From contig OZ252149.1 in the NCBI GenBank assembly GCA_965248755.1, positions 1,728,001-1,792,000 on the forward strand: a stretch of 64,000 nt of DNA. The letters run 5' to 3'. The notes beneath the pieces are model-generated. The model searched no databases, had not been told where the DNA came from, and was given only the letters and a program-made list of their open reading frames with translations. Source of the DNA: Candidatus Latescibacterota bacterium. Its GTDB lineage: Bacteria; Latescibacterota; CBDEFO01. This document shows positions 42,248 through 53,117 of this stretch, one piece after another; position 1 is the first letter of the stretch; every line of letters begins with the position of its first letter. The translations under genes were made by a program, and so were the position numbers.

Positions 42248-43198
42248 TCACTCCTCCCATGCACCTATCGCGGTAAACTTATCGACCCTCTGTTTTATTA
42301 GTTCATCCGGAGGTATCTGCTCTAATTGGCTGAAAGTCGCTAGCACTGCTGACTTTAACCTTGAGGCAGCTTCGTCATAGTCCCTGTGCGCTCCGCCTAA
42401 AGGCTCCGGTATGATCTCATCTATGATGCCTAATTTGAGCAGGTCTCCCGGTGTCAATTTAAGGGCCTCTGCAGCCTCTTCCTTCTTTTCTCTGTCCCTC
42501 CACAGGATGGTGGAACAGGACTCAGGAGCTATGACGGAATACCAGGTGTGCTCCATCATCAAGATCTTGTCTCCGACGCCGATCCCCAACGCCCCGCCGC
42601 TTGCGCCTTCTCCCACGATGGCTATTACTATTGGAACTGGCAGGTGGGACATCTCGAAGATATTTCTGGCTATAGCCTCGGCCTGTCCCCTCTCTTCGGC
42701 GTTGACTCCAGGGTAGGCCCCCTGGGTGTCTATCAAGGACAATACAGGACGGTGGAACTTAGCGGCAAGTTTCATCAACCTTAAGGCCTTCCTGTAGCCC
42801 TCAGGATGCGGCATTCCGAAGTTGCGATAGAGGTTATCCTTTGTATCTTTACCCTTTTGATGCCCAATGATGAGTATTTTCTTTCCCTCAACTTTAGCGA
42901 TGCCCCCGACCATAGCGTGGTCATCAGAGTAGAACCTGTCGCCGTGGAGTGCTATAAAGTCCGTCGCAATCCGTTCTATATAGTCGAGCGTATGAGGCCT
43001 TTGAGGATGCCGCGCCAGCTGAACCTTCTGCCATCTGCTAAGATTAGAATAGACCTCTTCCTTGAGCTTCCTGGCCTTCTCCTCAAGCCTACTCAACTCC
43101 TCCGCCATATCTATATCCTCAGCCTCAGCGTGAGCCTTTATATCCTGGATTTTCTGTTCTAATTCGGCTATGGGTTTTTCAAAGTCCAAAATATACAT
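42248..43198 (-). CDS. accA: acetyl-CoA carboxylase carboxyltransferase alpha subunit
   Basis: [31 protein letters not shown]. Confidence 0.97.
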   Translation of the reverse strand: MYILDFEKPIAELEQKIQDIKAHAEAEDIDMAEELSRLEEKARKLKEEVYSNLSRWQKVQLARHPQRPHTLDYIERIATDFIALHGDRFYSDDHAMVGGIAKVEGKKILIIGHQKGKDTKDNLYRNFGMPHPEGYRKALRLMKLAAKFHRPVLSLIDTQGAYPGVNAEERGQAEAIARNIFEMSHLPVPIVIAIVGEGASGGALGIGVGDKILMMEHTWYSVIAPESCSTILWRDREKKEEAAEALKLTPGDLLKLGIIDEIIPEPLGGAHRDYDEAASRLKSAVLATFSQLEQIPPDELIKQRVDKFTAIGAWEE

Positions 43199-43575
43199 AA
43201 TAGAAACTACCCCTTTGATTTATCCTACTCCTTTCCAACCGTGGTCTTTCTACTCTCCTAATAGATTCAAATATACCTAATTCTGGAGCGACAGTCAAGA
43301 ACATATCCATTTTCGCCTCTTGAGAATCTTATCTCTATAGAAATGGATTCCCCCGGAAGATTCCACCTTTGAGGGTCCCTTCCTTTTGGGAAAACCAAGG
43401 TTCCAGATGGCAAAGTGATTTTCAAGCTTGACTTTTGTTCGGTTATTTATCTTATTTATCAGACAAAAGATGCCACGCTGTCGGGGGTACCGAAAGCTTT
43501 TTGGGGTAAATCTGTTTTATCCGGTCTGATGTTGTCAGCATGCCACTGTAGAACGCGTTAAAAAAGGGTGTTGGA

Positions 43576-44526
43576 TTGATGTCCTTCGCACAGAGGATGT
43601 TTGAGAGACGCATATGGAATTGGTTAAATATAGACCTTGTTATTATATTCCTTGCAACGACCTGTATATCCTGTGGGAAAACCAAAAAGGTGATCCCGTC
43701 GTTTGAAGGGAGGAGAGCATACGATCTTTTAGTGAAGCAGTGCGATTTTGGTCCCAGGAATCCGGGATCGGAAGGACACGAATCCGCAAAGGAATTCCTC
43801 TTGGAGGAGCTGAAGCGCTGGGCGCCCATAGTCTCGGAGCAGAAGTTTGAGTACTCCGATGAAAAATCAAAAACACGAATAAACCTCTCCAATATCATAG
43901 CTTCTTTTTATCCTAAAAACAAAAAAAGGGCGCTTCTTTGCGCTCATTGGGACACAAGACCCTTCGCAGATAAGGACAGTAATCCCCAGAACAGGGACAA
44001 GCCGATCATCGGAGCAAACGATGGAGCCTCCGGAGTGGCGGTCCTACTTGAAATTGGACGGCTCATATCCCAGGTTGAGCCCCCAAGAGGAATAGATATT
44101 GTGTTCTTCGACGGAGAGGACTTCGGCAAGAAGGAGGATCTCTCGGACTATTTCCTCGGATCACAATATTTTGCTCTCTCAAAACAAGGCAAATATAAAC
44201 CGGAATTCGGAGTGCTCTTAGATATGGTAGGAGATGCGGATTTAAACATACATCCTGAAAAGTATTCCCTAAATCACTTTCCTAAAATTGTGGAAAAAGT
44301 GTGGAAAGCGGCGTTCGACGTGGGATCGCATCAGTTTAAAGAAGAAGCAAAAAAATATATCCGAGACGACCATCTTCCGCTGATAGACGCGGGAATACCC
44401 TGCATAGATGTGATAGACTTCGATTATCCTTACTGGCACACGCTTGAGGACACGCCGGACAAATGCAGTCCAGAAAGCCTGCAAGCTGTGGGCAATGTCG
44501 TAATGAAACTCATCTACACCGACTAA
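43576..44526 (+). CDS. M28-family peptidase / glutaminyl-cyclase-like lipoprotein
   Basis: AHWDTRP, GANDGASG, FDGED, LLDMVG, DDH, WHT..D. Confidence 0.9.
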   Translation: MMSFAQRMFERRIWNWLNIDLVIIFLATTCISCGKTKKVIPSFEGRRAYDLLVKQCDFGPRNPGSEGHESAKEFLLEELKRWAPIVSEQKFEYSDEKSKTRINLSNIIASFYPKNKKRALLCAHWDTRPFADKDSNPQNRDKPIIGANDGASGVAVLLEIGRLISQVEPPRGIDIVFFDGEDFGKKEDLSDYFLGSQYFALSKQGKYKPEFGVLLDMVGDADLNIHPEKYSLNHFPKIVEKVWKAAFDVGSHQFKEEAKKYIRDDHLPLIDAGIPCIDVIDFDYPYWHTLEDTPDKCSPESLQAVGNVVMKLIYTD

Positions 44527-44574
44527 AATAGTAAACAGCAATCTCAACGACTGGGAGGCAGTGGCCCTCTCTAC

Positions 44575-45567
44575 TTATTTAGTCTGCCCTCCGTATAATC
44601 CGGCCATCTTCTGAGCTATTCTCCCCATTTCCTCTCTGAGTTCAGGGGGTTCCAAAACCTCTGCCTCATCTCCAAAACCGAGTATCCAGAAGCTTATCTC
44701 CCTTGCGCCTCTGACTTTGGCTCTGTAAATTGCAGATCCGTCGGGGAGTCGCTCTACGCTTCGATTCGGACCTTCAGCCCTCTCTTGTGCCAGTGGAATA
44801 ACTCTGGGAGAGAATCTGACCACCACTTCGACTTCTTCCCCATCTCCCACAAATACGTCCCACGAATTGGCCAGGAAATCCCCTAAGGAGAAATCCTCCG
44901 ACATGTCGAAACCGACTGTTGTTCTTCTTACCCATTCAAATCGGTTCAACCTGAAGATCTCCGTTCTTTCATCCTTATGATCGTGCGCCGCCAGATACCA
45001 GGAATGTCGGCGGAAGAAGAGAGCATAAGGGTTCAATCGGCGCTCTATGGGCTCATCTCTGGAGACCGAGCGGTACGAAGCCATGATCGAGGTCTTACTG
45101 TATATAGATTTTTCCATTCTGTCGAACATGATGCCCAATTTTTTGCTTTCGGAATTATCCGCTCCTGTATGAGGTACTGTAGAGGTCCTCTCGACAACCT
45201 CCTCTAAGTCCCTTCTGACAGGAACTGTGAGAGTTTCGTCGATCTTCGAAAGTGCCGATTTGACCTGACTGGAAAAAGGCTGAATCTTCTGTGGGGGAGC
45301 GGCCGAAGCCGTCAAGTGTAAAGCTATCGCCTCCTCCACAGAAAGTCCAATGGTCGGGAGCGAAAATGAAGAAAGAAGTTTCCAACCGTCTCTGTCGCTG
45401 TAGATGGGCGCTCCCAGTCGGGAAAGAGACATCAAATTTCTGTAAATGGTCCGCCGAGTTGTATCAAACTTTAAAGCTAAACCGGACACCTTGACGCCGC
45501 GAGTAGTGCTCAGGCATAAGAGTATCTTCCAAATCCTTTCTGCCTTTAAATCATCGCGCGTCAGCAT
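44575..45567 (-). CDS. HTH-WYL-WCX transcriptional regulator (PafB/C, YafY-like)
   Basis: N-terminal HTH (TRRTIYR), RRLNPY.L, SWYL, FRLNR, WILGFG..AEVLEP..LR. Confidence 0.93.
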   Translation of the reverse strand: MLTRDDLKAERIWKILLCLSTTRGVKVSGLALKFDTTRRTIYRNLMSLSRLGAPIYSDRDGWKLLSSFSLPTIGLSVEEAIALHLTASAAPPQKIQPFSSQVKSALSKIDETLTVPVRRDLEEVVERTSTVPHTGADNSESKKLGIMFDRMEKSIYSKTSIMASYRSVSRDEPIERRLNPYALFFRRHSWYLAAHDHKDERTEIFRLNRFEWVRRTTVGFDMSEDFSLGDFLANSWDVFVGDGEEVEVVVRFSPRVIPLAQERAEGPNRSVERLPDGSAIYRAKVRGAREISFWILGFGDEAEVLEPPELREEMGRIAQKMAGLYGGQTK

Positions 45568-45718
45568 AGTTTATTCACCTCCAAGTTTCCCACATCTTTC
45601 CTGATTGTTCCGCTTAAACTTTAAGATTTACTGCTTTCTTTATAAGCTCTGTTCCGATCTGGCCATTAAGAATTCGTTTCCTCTTGTTACACAGGAGGAA
45701 CTATCTGTTATATCATGT

Positions 45719-47080
45719 TTAATTGTCCTGCCCCGTCACCTTTATTATAGCTTTGTATATAATGTCCAGCATTCCCTCCAGATTTTCCAGGTCTATCGAA
45801 AGAGGAGGCATTATGACTATGATGTTTCCCAAAGGCCGAATCAAGAGTCCGTCATTTTTTGCCTCCTGGCAGACCTTTACACCTATTTTCTCCTCCGGGG
45901 GATAGGGATCTTTTGTGCCCTTGTCCAAGACAAGTTCTATTCCGGCGACAAATCCGCACTGCCTTACGTCCCCCACATAGGCTAATCTCTTGAAATCTTC
46001 GAGTCTTTCTTTCAGCAGATATATCTTTTCGGGGAGCTTATCCAGAGTTCCCTCTTTTTCAAAGACGCCCAGATTAGCTAGCGCGGCGGCACAGCTGAGC
46101 TGATTTCCCGTGTAAGTGTGACCGTGAAAGAAAGTTCTAAGCTCAGAGTACTCTCCAAGAAAAGCTTCATATATTTCCTGGGTCGTCAAAGTTGCAGCCA
46201 GCGGGAGATAGCCCCCCGTGATCCCCTTGCCTAAACATATAATATCGGGAGACGGACACTCACACTGGCAGGCGAACATCGTCCCTGTCCTTCCGAAACC
46301 GGTGGCTACCTCGTCTGCAATCAGAAGGATGCTATGCTGCTTGCACAACTCCCACACACGGCTCAAATAGCCTTGAGGAGCGACAATTACGCCTCCGGCC
46401 ATCTGAACTAAAGGCTCTATGATCAACCCGGCAATTTCGTCAGAACGATCTTTTAGGATCTCTTCAAGTTCGGATAGACACCCAAGATTACATTCATCCT
46501 CACACAGTTTGCACCTGTAGCAATACGGAGAAGGGGCACAAAAAGAATCAAAAAGGAGGTCTTTATATGCGGTGCGGAAGGTGTGAATCCCTCCGACGCT
46601 TACAGCCCCTGTTGTGTCGCCGTGATAGGCGTAGTTTAAATGAACAAACTTCGTCTTGGACGGTCTCGGATCGTCTCTCCTTTGACGCCAGTATTGAAAG
46701 GCAATCTTTAAAGCTATCTCAACAGCGGTGGAACCGTTATCAGAGTAGAACACCTTTCTCAAGCTTACGGGAGCTATCGCTATCAACTTTTCTGCAAGCT
46801 CTACTGCAGGAACATTAGATTGACCCAAAAGAGTCGAATGGGAGATCTTTTCAATCTGATCCCTTATCGCCTCATCTATCTCTCTTTTCTTGTGGCCGTG
46901 AACGTTGCACCACATCGATGATACACCGTCTATGTATCTCTTCCCATTTGTGTCTTCTAAGAAGACACCGTCTCCTCTTTTTATTATCAGCGGAGCTTCG
47001 TCATGATAGTCCTTCATCTGGGTGAAGGGATGCCAGATATATTCTTTATCTTTCGATTCGAGACTTTCTGAGTAATTCAA
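45719..47080 (-). CDS. bioA: adenosylmethionine-8-amino-7-oxononanoate aminotransferase
   Basis: IWHPFTQM, SSMWCNVHG, DNGSTAVE, DEVATGFGRTG, GKGITGG, HGHTYTGN; start approximate. Confidence 0.93.
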   Translation of the reverse strand: MNYSESLESKDKEYIWHPFTQMKDYHDEAPLIIKRGDGVFLEDTNGKRYIDGVSSMWCNVHGHKKREIDEAIRDQIEKISHSTLLGQSNVPAVELAEKLIAIAPVSLRKVFYSDNGSTAVEIALKIAFQYWRQRRDDPRPSKTKFVHLNYAYHGDTTGAVSVGGIHTFRTAYKDLLFDSFCAPSPYCYRCKLCEDECNLGCLSELEEILKDRSDEIAGLIIEPLVQMAGGVIVAPQGYLSRVWELCKQHSILLIADEVATGFGRTGTMFACQCECPSPDIICLGKGITGGYLPLAATLTTQEIYEAFLGEYSELRTFFHGHTYTGNQLSCAAALANLGVFEKEGTLDKLPEKIYLLKERLEDFKRLAYVGDVRQCGFVAGIELVLDKGTKDPYPPEEKIGVKVCQEAKNDGLLIRPLGNIIVIMPPLSIDLENLEGMLDIIYKAIIKVTGQDN

Positions 47081-47160
47081 GGAGATATCCTCATTGCAAC
47101 TTGGATTTCCCAAGATAAAAATCCTTGACTACGAGATAAAGTTTGTTATCTTTAACAGCT

Positions 47161-48183
47161 ATGGAAAAGAGCCATATTGACATCCCCGCTTTCAGCTCCA
47201 ATGAGCGTGGGATAATCCACAAAGTACTTGATGCCTTAAGAGCAACAGGAGACGACCAACTGGAACTGGAGCACGCCATAGAGAGCCAGGCAGATCAACT
47301 TAAGGACATCGGCGCTCTTATTTCTCACTACCCCTCCCTTTTCAAGCGCCAAAAGTTAGGTCATCGCCAGCGCGATGTTTCTTCGCTGATCCAGACGATA
47401 TCAAAGGCAACGCTCTTCACCGTAGATATGATACTTCCTATGCGAGCTATCGCCGGACAGACATACCTTATGTCTCGCATTAATTTTTTCCGCCTGTTGC
47501 GCTACGTCGCCAATGAGGCGCTGTCCGACCGCGACGGCTTTTCCGCTATTGACAGAGACATCGAGGCGCTGATCGGCGAGAACATCTACGCAAAAGTAAC
47601 CGAGGATCTTCTGATAGCCATCGTCTGTGACAGTGAGCTGGAGCTCAGCATCTCCCAAAAGGGAACCAAGGCTTTGATCCACATCTGGGAAGACCGCTCT
47701 GCGTTACACCTGCAGGAGTTCTTCCCCCTCCTCAAGGCGACCTGGGAGGCCAGACGCAAAATTATGGTCCAATTTGGCACGCTGACAGGAACAGCCGAAA
47801 TATTCTCTTTATTGAGAGAAGGATGTGACCCTCACTTTATCGAATACTTCTCCAAGACCGACTGCACAGAGGATGAGACCGACGCCTTCCGGGAGTTCCT
47901 CCTGGGTGTCTCGACAGAGGACCTGGGAGCCCTAAAGGACAAGATGCGAACTGTCAACCGTAAGGCCATCGGCGTTGAGGATATCGAAGAACTGTCGGAT
48001 CTCTCCCTGCACGCTCATGAGTCGGCTGACTTTGCCACGCAATTATACATGTTCTTCGTCAAACGTCACCTTGAAGCGCTGGCGCGCCGCGTGGGCAGCC
48101 TGCCAGGCCCAAAGAGAACGGCGGAGGAGTATGTGATGGTCTACTTCCTGGAAAAATCCGATCCTGAGGAGTTTCCAGCTTGA
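47161..48183 (+). CDS. hypothetical protein
   Basis: 340-aa helical ORF with normal codon usage; ends ARR...LPGPKRTAEEY. Confidence 0.75.
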   Translation: MEKSHIDIPAFSSNERGIIHKVLDALRATGDDQLELEHAIESQADQLKDIGALISHYPSLFKRQKLGHRQRDVSSLIQTISKATLFTVDMILPMRAIAGQTYLMSRINFFRLLRYVANEALSDRDGFSAIDRDIEALIGENIYAKVTEDLLIAIVCDSELELSISQKGTKALIHIWEDRSALHLQEFFPLLKATWEARRKIMVQFGTLTGTAEIFSLLREGCDPHFIEYFSKTDCTEDETDAFREFLLGVSTEDLGALKDKMRTVNRKAIGVEDIEELSDLSLHAHESADFATQLYMFFVKRHLEALARRVGSLPGPKRTAEEYVMVYFLEKSDPEEFPA

Positions 48184-48376
48184 CTCCTTCGTGCACTGTC
48201 AGAGCAACTTACCGTATATTCATATTGATATGGAGAATATAGACAAACTTAAACCTAAGGCGAGATTTCGTATTGTCAAGGACTTTTTGCCAATAAGTTT
48301 AGACGGAGTGGGCGTCTCAACTTCTAATCGAAGATAAATTTCAATATATCCTCTCATAATGATGGAGTAGATCATA

Positions 48377-48817
48377 ATGTTATATCAGCTTTGTCTTACG
48401 CTCCATATACTATCTGTAATAGCCTGGGCAGGAACACTGTTGGGACAAGGTTTTATATTTTCCCTATCGTCAGGAGAGTCGGGGGAAAACAGGAGCTATC
48501 TACTATCCGTTCAGCGCAAACTCTACCTATCTTTACAGATGCCGGCAGCCGCGCTATCTTTAGTGCTGGGAATTGCACTTATCTTAATACGCCACTACAA
48601 TCCGTTCACTAATCACTGGCTTTTGACTAAACTTCTGTTAGTAGTACTTTTGATAATAATAGATGTATACACCTCAAGAAAGATCAAGAAACTTCAAGGG
48701 GCTGTAGAAAGTGGAGCAAGCCTTTCTGTCCCTTCAGGATTCATCATCGCCGCCGTGACCGTTCTTTCGATAGGCATTATCTATGTGATAAAATTCAAAG
48801 TCACCCTGGCGATGTGA
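48377..48817 (+). CDS. CopD/HemJ-like four-helix membrane protein
   Basis: LHILSVIAW.G, WLLTKL..V, four hydrophobic segments. Confidence 0.7.
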   Translation: MLYQLCLTLHILSVIAWAGTLLGQGFIFSLSSGESGENRSYLLSVQRKLYLSLQMPAAALSLVLGIALILIRHYNPFTNHWLLTKLLLVVLLIIIDVYTSRKIKKLQGAVESGASLSVPSGFIIAAVTVLSIGIIYVIKFKVTLAM

Positions 48818-48927
48818 GCCGGGACTACTTTTCACGGATTAAGTTTAGGATCGACAATGGGGAGACTCAATCCGGAAACTAACAGTTCCTGCAAGTAGAG
48901 GGTGTATTTGAAGGAGGTTAGAAAGAA

Positions 48928-51396
48928 ATGTTGGAAAAGACGGACTTTGAAGAGGTTTCAATAGAAAAGATCAGGTGGAGATGCAACCCCGACGATCTTA
49001 ACATGGAGACTACAGACGATCTGACAGCGTGCGTGGATATACTTGGTCAGGAAAGGGCTGTCAAAGCCATCAAATTAGGTCTGGACATAAAAAGTTCAGG
49101 ATACAATATATTCGCGACCGGGGCTTCAGGGACAGGCAGAGCCACCTCCGTGTATAGACTCCTGAAAGGGAAGGAAAAAGACCGCATACCTCCCAGCGAC
49201 AAATGCTACGTCAACAACTTCAAAAACCCCGACATGCCCAGGGTGATCAAGCTCCCCGCCGGAGGGGGAAGTCAGTTCAGAAAAGATATGGACGACCTGA
49301 TCCAATCCCTAAGGACCAACATCCCTCAGATACTTGAAAGCGAAGACCATCAGGACAGGAAAAAGGAAATCATAGAACATCTGAGAGACCAAGAAAAGAA
49401 GATGGTCAGAGAGTTTGAAAATAAAGTCAACCAGCAGAACTTCTCGCTCGTTCAGGACCAGCTCGGTCCCTACACAAGGCCCGATATCGTCCCTGTGATC
49501 GGCGGGAACACCTTAAGCTTTGACCAGCTCGAAAAGACAGCAGATAAAGGGGAATTTTCAAAATCTGACCTTGACGCCTTAAAGGAAAAATACCACAGCC
49601 TGTCTGCAGAACTTGAGAACATATTCAAGGAGACCAGAAACATAGAAAAGACGATCAAAGAAGAGATCGCATCGGTGGACAACGAAGCTGTTATGCCCTC
49701 GGTCGAGCACTCCATATCTGAAATTTCGGAGAAGTACAAAGATGAAAAGATAGATGAGTATCTCGACGAGGTCAGCAAAAGCATCATCGAAGACCTGGAC
49801 AGATTCAGGGAAAAGTACGACGCTAAGCAGTCTGCACCTGCCATCCCCGGTCTTGCGATCCCCCAGCAAAAAGATGAATTCTTGGAGTATAAGGTAAACG
49901 TCGCGGTCGACAACTCCCACACAGAGGGCGCGCCTATTATCACGGAGAATTCTCCCTCCTACAAGAATCTGTTCGGCACCATCGAAAATGTCTTCGATAG
50001 ATCTGGTCAGTGGAGAACCGACTTCACCAAGATCAAAGCTGGCTCCTACATACGGGCTGACGGGGGTTACCTCATACTCAACGCCCTGGACGTGCTGATA
50101 GAACCCGGGAGTTGGCTGACCCTCAAAAGAGCTATTAAGAATAAGAAGGTTGAGATCCAGACGTACGATCCTGTCCACTTTTTCACTGCATCTGCCCTAA
50201 AGCCCGAAGCCATAGACGTGGATGTAAAGGTCATAATGATAGGAGACTCGTTCATCTACTATCTCTTGTACCACCAGGACGACGATTTCAAAAAGATCTT
50301 CAAAGTCAGAGCCGACTTCGACTCGGTTATGAACAAAGACCAGGCCAGCATACTCCAGTACGCCTGCTTCATCCGCAAGATATGCGACGAGGAGAATCTA
50401 AGAGCCTTTGACAAGACAAGCGTGGCCGTCGTCGTAGAATACGGAGTCAAGATGGCGGGAAGACAGAACAAGATGTCCTCCAGATTCAACAACTTAGCGG
50501 ACGTGATAAAAGAAGCCGACTACTGGGCAGGACAGGACGGCGCGGACTGTGTAAGTGAAAGACACGTGGACAAAGCCATAAAGGAACAAATAGAGAGGGT
50601 CAGCCTCATTGAGGACAAATTGAAGGAGAGGATAGACGAAGGGACCATAATGATAGATACAGAGGGCACAAAGGTCGGACAGGTCAACGGACTTGCGGTC
50701 TACAGCTTTGCAGAGCACTCCTTCGGAAAACCCACAAGGATCACCACCGAGACGTCTCTTGGAAGATCAGGCATAATCAACATAGACAGAGAAGCGGACC
50801 TTTCGGGCAAGACTCACGATAAGGGCGTCCTCATAATCGGCGGGTACCTGAGAGGCAAGTACGCACAGGAGATGCCGCTAACGATGAGCGCAAGCCTCTG
50901 TTTCGAGCAGTCGTACAGCGAAATTGACGGAGACAGCGCATCGTCCACCGAGATCTATGCTATCCTCTCCAGCCTCGCAGGACTGCCGCTAAGGCAGGAT
51001 CTTGCGGTTACAGGCTCGGTCAATCAGAAAGGTGAAATCCAACCCATAGGAGGCGTCAACCAGAAGATAGAAGGCTTCTTCGATGTGTGCAGAACTAGGG
51101 GCCTTACCGGAACGCAGGGCGTGATAATCCCCTATTTGAACATCCCCGACCTTATGCTCAGGAAAGATGTCGTCAAAGCTGTTTCTGAAAGAAAGTTCCA
51201 TATCTACCCAGTAAAGACCATTGACCAAGGGGTAGAAATTCTCACTGGAGTCGAAGTCGGGGAGAAGAGAAAAGACGGCGCTTACCCGGAGGGAACAGTC
51301 AACTTCCTGGTAGATCAACGTTTAAGAGAGTTGACCGAAAAATTGAAGGACTTTGGGTCAGAGAATGGAGAAATACCGAAAAAGGATAAGAAATAG
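48928..51396 (+). CDS. Lon-like (LonC/AAA_32-type) protease
   Basis: GQERA, YVNNF, NLFG.IE, GQVNGL, FEQSY..IDGDSAS, GGVNQKIEGFF. Confidence 0.93.
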   Translation: MLEKTDFEEVSIEKIRWRCNPDDLNMETTDDLTACVDILGQERAVKAIKLGLDIKSSGYNIFATGASGTGRATSVYRLLKGKEKDRIPPSDKCYVNNFKNPDMPRVIKLPAGGGSQFRKDMDDLIQSLRTNIPQILESEDHQDRKKEIIEHLRDQEKKMVREFENKVNQQNFSLVQDQLGPYTRPDIVPVIGGNTLSFDQLEKTADKGEFSKSDLDALKEKYHSLSAELENIFKETRNIEKTIKEEIASVDNEAVMPSVEHSISEISEKYKDEKIDEYLDEVSKSIIEDLDRFREKYDAKQSAPAIPGLAIPQQKDEFLEYKVNVAVDNSHTEGAPIITENSPSYKNLFGTIENVFDRSGQWRTDFTKIKAGSYIRADGGYLILNALDVLIEPGSWLTLKRAIKNKKVEIQTYDPVHFFTASALKPEAIDVDVKVIMIGDSFIYYLLYHQDDDFKKIFKVRADFDSVMNKDQASILQYACFIRKICDEENLRAFDKTSVAVVVEYGVKMAGRQNKMSSRFNNLADVIKEADYWAGQDGADCVSERHVDKAIKEQIERVSLIEDKLKERIDEGTIMIDTEGTKVGQVNGLAVYSFAEHSFGKPTRITTETSLGRSGIINIDREADLSGKTHDKGVLIIGGYLRGKYAQEMPLTMSASLCFEQSYSEIDGDSASSTEIYAILSSLAGLPLRQDLAVTGSVNQKGEIQPIGGVNQKIEGFFDVCRTRGLTGTQGVIIPYLNIPDLMLRKDVVKAVSERKFHIYPVKTIDQGVEILTGVEVGEKRKDGAYPEGTVNFLVDQRLRELTEKLKDFGSENGEIPKKDKK

Positions 51397-51447
51397 TGCT
51401 TAATCATCGCAAAGAATCGTCTGGTGCTCAATGAAACGGAGACTAAT

Positions 51448-52494
51448 ATGTCCAGACCAGAGGTATATGTGCTCAAGCGCAACATTCAAGATCCGGTGAG
51501 GGACGGGTACTTTGAAGATATGGCAAAAGAGATGCTAAGAGCCCTGGATGTAAGCCCCGGTGGTCGACTGGTGATGATGAAGCCGAACGTAACTGGAGGA
51601 AGCCCCAGGGAGAGCGGTATAGTGACCCATCCTGCTTTTGTCGGTGGGATAGCCGACTACTTTGTTGATACAAAGGGCATCAAATGTGAAGATATACTAG
51701 TCGCTGAGGCCCTAGACGTGCGGACTTTGCAGGAGAAAGAGCGCTATTGGGGCAGGAGCGGCTATAGCCAGATGGCAAAGGAGAAAAATCTCCATCTCAT
51801 CGATCTTTGTGACTACGGCAACGTGAGAGTGCGACCAGAGGGTACAGTGCTGAGGAACGACATCGGTATATCCCGCTGGGCAAAATCAGAGGACGTCTTC
51901 TACATGAACGTCCCCAAGTTCAAAACTCACAACTTAAGCATCATCACACTGTGCGGCAAGAATCAGCAGGGAGTGATGATCCCTGCGTGCGACCGACACC
52001 TCTGCTGGGATGCCAGTAAAATAGCTTTCCAAGAGCAACGGATAGAGCGAAAGAACCAGGAGAACCACAACAGATGGCAAACCACTATAGCTCATCTGCA
52101 TTGGGACCTTTACTTGGCCCTCCAACCGGACTTCAACATGATAGAGGGAGTCGTAGGAAGAGATGGCAACGCCTTTTATCTTGGCAGAAACTTTACCTGC
52201 GGACTCGTCATAGCAGGATACGATATGCCGTCTGTAGACCTTGTCGGAGGGTATCTTATGGGATTTGATGTGAGCAAACTGATCTATCTGAAGATCGGCA
52301 TGGAAAGAGGAATCGTTCCCGAGAGCCTGGACGATGTTGAAGTTCTGGAGATAAAGGGCAAGAAAGTCGTACAGTGCGATGACCTAAATTCTCTTATCTG
52401 CAACCCCCGCTTTGAGGTCTACAGAGAGATTCCCGAGGATCTGTCCAAAAAAGACCTGTTCGACTACTATGACCCAAACGCTCAGGCAGCGTAG
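51448..52494 (+). CDS. DUF362-family protein
   Basis: KPNV....THP, NVPKFKTH, LCGKN, EGVVG.DG. Confidence 0.85.
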   Translation: MSRPEVYVLKRNIQDPVRDGYFEDMAKEMLRALDVSPGGRLVMMKPNVTGGSPRESGIVTHPAFVGGIADYFVDTKGIKCEDILVAEALDVRTLQEKERYWGRSGYSQMAKEKNLHLIDLCDYGNVRVRPEGTVLRNDIGISRWAKSEDVFYMNVPKFKTHNLSIITLCGKNQQGVMIPACDRHLCWDASKIAFQEQRIERKNQENHNRWQTTIAHLHWDLYLALQPDFNMIEGVVGRDGNAFYLGRNFTCGLVIAGYDMPSVDLVGGYLMGFDVSKLIYLKIGMERGIVPESLDDVEVLEIKGKKVVQCDDLNSLICNPRFEVYREIPEDLSKKDLFDYYDPNAQAA

Positions 52495-52682
52495 TGCAGC
52501 TAAAAACTTCTATAGTCTGCCGGAATAATGTATCCTATCCCCATGCTGCAGACGGAAATCGAGAAGATCGCAATCCCTTGCTCTTAGATCGATATTTTCT
52601 TATATTTCCAGATTCAACAACTCCAGAGGAATCAGCGCTTTCTCCGAAAAGACAGCATAAACAGTTGAAAGGAAATGAGGTT

Positions 52683-53117
52683 ATGAAACGTATCGTAAGG
52701 CTGTGCGGGATTGCCTCTGTCTTGTTCTCAAGCTTATCCTGGGCACAAGCCGACGTCCAAGATGATACATCTTCAACCGAGGCGGATTCCATCTATATAG
52801 AGCGCGCTCTGATATGTGAGGGCGTCAAGGACAGAGAACCCGTAGAGCCTGACTCCGTTTTCGGAGCGAGTGTGGGAAGACTCTACTTCTTCACAGAGGT
52901 CATGAGTACAAAGAAGATGACTTATGTAGAGCACGTATGGCACTACAAGGATGAGGAGGTATTCAGGATAAGACTCTACGTAAAATCCCAAAGGTGGAGA
53001 ACGTGGAGCAGCAAAGCTATTCCCAGAAAGTGGACAGGGGAGTGGAGGACGGAGGTCCTGTCTGAGGACGAAAAGATATTGAAAGAGCTGGCGTTTAGAA
53101 TTGACGAATCGGAATGA
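52683..53117 (+). CDS. DUF2914-family exported protein
   Basis: Signal peptide; DREP, HVW, RWRTWS.K, GEWR.EV. Confidence 0.8.
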   Translation: MKRIVRLCGIASVLFSSLSWAQADVQDDTSSTEADSIYIERALICEGVKDREPVEPDSVFGASVGRLYFFTEVMSTKKMTYVEHVWHYKDEEVFRIRLYVKSQRWRTWSSKAIPRKWTGEWRTEVLSEDEKILKELAFRIDESE

